64,000 bases of DNA from Octopus sinensis (Eukaryota). The translations under genes and the position numbers were made by a program. Shown here piece after piece: positions 61,250 to 64,000 of this stretch; position 1 is the stretch's first letter, and every line of letters begins with the position of its first letter. The notes beneath the pieces were generated by a model. That model was not told the DNA's origin and did not search any database. It saw nothing but the letters and a program-made list of their open reading frames with translations. Where the stretch lies: assembly GCF_006345805.1 (NCBI RefSeq), contig NC_043020.1, forward strand, positions 21,824,001-21,888,000, given 5' to 3'.

Positions 61250-61570
61250 CCAACAAACCTTTATACAAATATACCTTTTCGAAGAGATATGATAAACCTA
61301 TTATAATGGGTAATGTGAACTTTTTATTTTAAGATGTAATCTTTGGACTAACAATGTTTGCGGCTGAAATGAGCTTTAAACCCTCTTTTATATCAATAAT
61401 ATACCTATGCTGATGTAACAACAGATTGTTTATAAAGCTTGAAACACGTGTAACATGATATCCTTTGTGTTCTGTTTTTAATTTATGTTTGATATACTCT
61501 CTCACCTCTGCCACTATCTGGCATATACAGGTGCTTACACTTATCAAGTATTCACTCTAAACTTACAGTG
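61250..61570 (-). mobile_element. Degenerate PLE GIY-YIG remnant
   Basis: ICQ..AE..EYIKHKLKTEH...SSFINNLLLHQH resembles YIGQT.R.L..R..EH...H. Confidence 0.4.
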
Positions 61571-61599
61571 CCTATATATATATATATATATATAACTTA

Positions 61600-64000
61600 G
61601 AATAACTTAGAAAGGTTTTGGCCAGTATTGACCCAGGCCATGTCAAACTTAATAGCACCACCTGGCGAAGTCTTTCAATTCAGGATTTGGGCACCGAGGC
61701 CCATTTGAGCAGAGAGTTATTGTTTGCGGAGACATATCCAGGTGTGGGTAGTTTGTCCGGGACTGTTTGAAGGAATTTGTCCAAAGACTTCTTGAATTTT
61801 GTGTGGTCAGTTTCTGTTTTGACGTGTCCTGGTGTAATGTTGAAGAGAGCGGGTCCAATTGAGGTGAAATAATTGTGCCATATTGTCGTTATGTGATGCA
61901 ATTTAGATTTTTGTTGTGGACGGATGGCACGTGGTCCAAGCCTTGGATGTATTTTGAAGGTGATGCCAACATCATTCGGACAGTGCTGATGGAATATTTT
62001 CCAATCATACAGATAATGTAGCGTTCACGGCGTCATTGGAGTGAATACAGTTTCAGCTTCTCTAGACTACCCCAGTAGTTAAGGTCTGACATGCCATCTA
62101 TCTTTTTTGTGATTGACCTTTGGGGAGCTTCAATTCTCATAATATTTTGTTTTTTGTAGGGAGACCACAGTGGACAGCAGTATTCAAGGTGGGGTCGGGC
62201 AAAAGTGGAGAAGAGAAGGATAATAGTGTGGGAATCTCTCAACTGGAAGGTTCTGAGAATCCAGGAACACATTCTGCGGGCCATGTCAACTTTGCTGCTT
62301 ATATGTGTAGCCCAGCTTATGTTGTTGTCCACTGTTACTCCCAAGTCTCTGATGTTGTTGGACGCCATGAGAATTTCTCCAGAAGGAAGGGAGTATGGGA
62401 GTTTCAGAGTGTCCTCCCTTCCAAAGTGGATCAGTTCAAATTTGTCTTCGTTTAGCAACATGTTGTTCTTTTCCGCCCATTGGACAACAGCCAGTAGGTC
62501 TGACTGAAGGCTTATTCGGTCATCCACGCCATTGATGACCTTCTGGAGCTTGGAATCATCAGCGAAGGTTCTGATGTTACTGTGTTTGATGGTGTCAGTA
62601 ATATCATTTATGTAGATGATGAAGAGAAGTGGGCCCAACACAGTGCCTTGTGGGACACCACTGCTGACTTTGGCTGGGCTGGATTTGACTCCTTCGACTA
62701 CAACATGTTGGGTTCTGTTAGACAGGAAGCACTTGATCCACTGCAGCAGCTTTCCAGTGACACCAATATTGGACAGCTTTCTCAAAAGGATCTTATGATC
62801 AACCCTGTCAAAGGCCTTGCTGAAATCAAGGCAGATGACATCAGTGTTGGAACCCTCTCCCAAGGCTCTCAAAATGTCATCAAAATGATGCAGTAGCTGC
62901 GTCAGGCAATCTCTTCCATTACGGAATCCATGCTGGTTGGAGTTCAGCATATTATGACTCTCAAGGAAGTGAGTCATACGCGATCTCAGCACTCTCTCAA
63001 ATACCTTAATGATATGAGAGGTGAGTGAGACTGGACAGTAATTCACGGCAAGGATAGAAGGTCTTCTGGTACATATCCAGCATCCAGTGAGTTCCGCCAC
63101 AGATTGGCTAGAGGGGGTGCAAGTTGGTTTTGACATATCTTCAAGACACAAGCAGGGAACCTATCGGGACCTACTGCTGAATTATGCTTCATTTCCTTTA
63201 TTGCTGCTAAGACATCAGGAGCGCCAAAGGTTATGTCCAATAAAGTGTATTGGGGAGTAACATCACTGATACAGCCCAGATCAGTCATATCAGGATTGCT
63301 GAAAATAGAGCAATATTGTTTCTGCAATATCTCTCCCATGGTTTTGGCATTGTCTTGAAGAGTACCATTTTCATCAATCAGAGGGCCAACAGTAGAACCA
63401 GTGACTGTGTTTTTTTTGCAAATGAAAAGAACACTTTGGGATTGAGTTTGATCTTTTCAATGGCCCAGGCCTCTTCAGCTCTTCGCTGACTATTGATGAT
63501 AGACATCATGTTGTTTTGGAGTTTATGTTTTTTAATCTCTAGCGACGAGATGGCAGTCAGGTTGGTGTGTTGCTGTTGACAGTATTTCAGCTTGTTGATT
63601 TTTTTGTTAATTCTTTTAATTTTCCTGATTAGAGATTTTCTATTTCTAGGGATTTGACACTTAGATTTGTTTGCAGATCTTCATGGGGTGTGTTTTGCAC
63701 ATATGTTCGTAATGGTGTCTACAAATGACTGCCAGGACTTTTTGATGTTAGTGGGTGTGTATGTGTGCGTGAAGGACCAATCGACTTGTGCAAGATCATT
63801 ATTGATCGCTTCCCAGTTTGCATTGTGGAAATCCATAGTGTCAAATGGATGAACAGGAGGGATGACATTTGTTTTGCATTTTGGCCAGTGAAATCTCAGA
63901 TCACAGAGAACCATGTCATGATCAGAGAGTAGGATTTTCTCCACTGCAATATTGTGGATAGTATCAGTGTGATTGCTGAAAATTAAGTCTAAGACGTTTT
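61600..64000 (-). mobile_element. CR1-group LINE ORF2 (end of APE, RT, C-terminus, 3' UTR), runs off window end
   Basis: LIFSNHTD, SDHDMV; GPDRFPA, PVSLTSHIIKVFE, QHGFRNGR, LDFSKAFDRV, GVPQGTVLGP, FADDSKL, RPHLEYC; FKKSLDKFL. Confidence 0.93.

Overview
Eukaryotic (animal) DNA that is almost entirely nested transposable elements and microsatellites. The repeat families, AT-rich background and (TA)n/(TTA)n/(CA)n tracts look like octopus/coleoid cephalopod; this is recognition, not a database result. I found no supportable host gene, rRNA, true tRNA gene or CRISPR array. Contents: five R4/Dong-like RLE-type LINE copies (all minus strand, mostly abutting (TTA)n tracts); five Tx1/L1-clade pieces; one near full-length RTE LINE with a PHD finger inside its RT; three CR1-group LINEs; several Penelope-like (PLE) fragments with hammerhead-like motifs; one very young Ty3/Gypsy LTR element (4-bp TSD, LTRs differing by one indel) inserted into an R4 copy; two mariners; a maT/DD37D-type transposase; a piggyBac fragment; a Tigger-type MITE; Helitrons; several SINEs. 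Most interesting: (i) a composite non-autonomous element with a tRNA-like head, (AAT)n, a hammerhead ribozyme motif and a 53-bp terminal inverted repeat, whose AAT tract has been hit by other retroelements in both copies; (ii) a ~560-580 bp non-coding element sitting in (AAT)n-type tracts in all three copies; (iii) two near-perfect inverted repeats. Boundaries of degenerate elements are approximate, estimated by eye.
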